Positions 63,181-64,000 of a stretch of 64,000 nt of DNA are shown piece by piece (positions within the stretch are counted from its first letter, which is position 1; every line of letters begins with the position of its first letter). The notes under the pieces were generated by a model. The model ran no database searches. It had not been told where the DNA came from and worked only from the letters and a program-made list of their open reading frames with translations. The stretch comes from Enoplolaimus lenunculus. Taxonomy: Eukaryota. Where the stretch lies: NCBI GenBank assembly GCA_030248215.1, contig JASANG010002537.1:186001-250000 (forward strand), read 5' to 3'. The translations under genes were made by a program, and so were the position numbers.

Positions 63181-63383
63181 GGCCCATGTTACTTTAAGGG
63201 GCGTCCAGGTTACTGGTGGGTCTATAAAAGAGTAATTTTAGATTCTAGATTACATTTTTTGCTTAGGCTTAAGCTTAGGCTTAGGCTTAAGCTTAGAAAC
63301 ACATTCTTGCAATGCTTTAGGCTTAGCCTTACGCTTAAGAATACGCTTAATCTACTGTTACGCCCCTTAAAGTAACATGGGCC
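63181..63383. mobile_element. MITE with perfect 24-bp TIRs carrying TTAGGC telomere-like repeats
   Basis: ggcccatgttactttaaggggcgt (63181-63204) is the exact reverse complement of 63360-63383; interior gcttaggcttaagcttaggcttaggcttaagcttag. Confidence 0.85.
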
Positions 63384-64000
63384 GTGGCCCCCATATTAAT
63401 ACCTTCAATTTTGACAAAAGATCGACTTTTAAAGTCATTTTTTGCAACCCAGATAATAACACTTTTGGGCCACTTAGCTACGTATACTGCTTTTGAGTTG
63501 CTTGTGTGTTCGTTAATATGCAAGCTTATGACTTCAGAACAAGGAAAACTAATTTGCGGTAAGCCAAAGTAGGATCATTCGTACATTAAGCATGCCAACT
63601 TTTCGTTTAAACATTTCTCAAATATCATCAGTCGCACTAATTATGTATAATCTTTTAATTTCTCGGTTTCTGTGTTTAAGAGGTTGAAACGCCTGGGACG
63701 CAAAATTTGGTTGAGTCAAGAAAATTTTTAAGACTGTTAGCTTTGTCGTTTTCGTTATGGACCAAAGTTGTTGTATATACGGTATAGGCCTCTGAAGTGT
63801 TTGTGTTTCAGGAATCTAATTTGTACAGGTAATCAATACTCTGATGGTTTTAACTATCGTGCAAATTCTGTGCAGAGTGAAAGCGCCCCTTTGATGAACG
63901 CTGAACCTTCAACATACTCAAATAGGAATTTGGCGAAACGGCAATACTCGTAAGTTGTGTACTTTACTGCTTGCGTTTTGTTAATGCGCTTTCAAACACT

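Overview
Intron-rich, AT-rich animal genomic DNA, probably nematode given the TTAGGC-type repeats and TTTCAG/TTTTAG acceptors. All four protein-coding genes are on the minus strand, with many short non-autonomous transposons in introns and spacers. In transcription order: (1) a ~40-exon gene (60959->31714) that I can splice by hand into one open frame of ~2,560 aa, joining a PPM1D/Wip1-type PP2C phosphatase with intact catalytic motifs, a long Q-rich linker, and the C-terminal third of DNA-PKcs (FAT, PIKK kinase fold, FATC), whose ATP/Mg site is degenerate (DFG->GFG, DRHxxN->DRHLGH, hinge W->V); (2) a divergent GLUT/SLC2-type transporter (27533->21496); (3) a BolA2-like gene (16232->14891); (4) the 5' part of a DNA-PKcs (PRKDC) gene starting at 10151 and running off the left edge. 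The main discovery candidate is the phosphatase-pseudokinase chimera, which lies just upstream of a separately initiated DNA-PKcs N-terminal gene. It could be a split and re-fused DNA-PKcs, or a partial duplicate recruited to Wip1. All exon models are manual and need transcript confirmation; homology calls come from remembered family sequences, not from a search.
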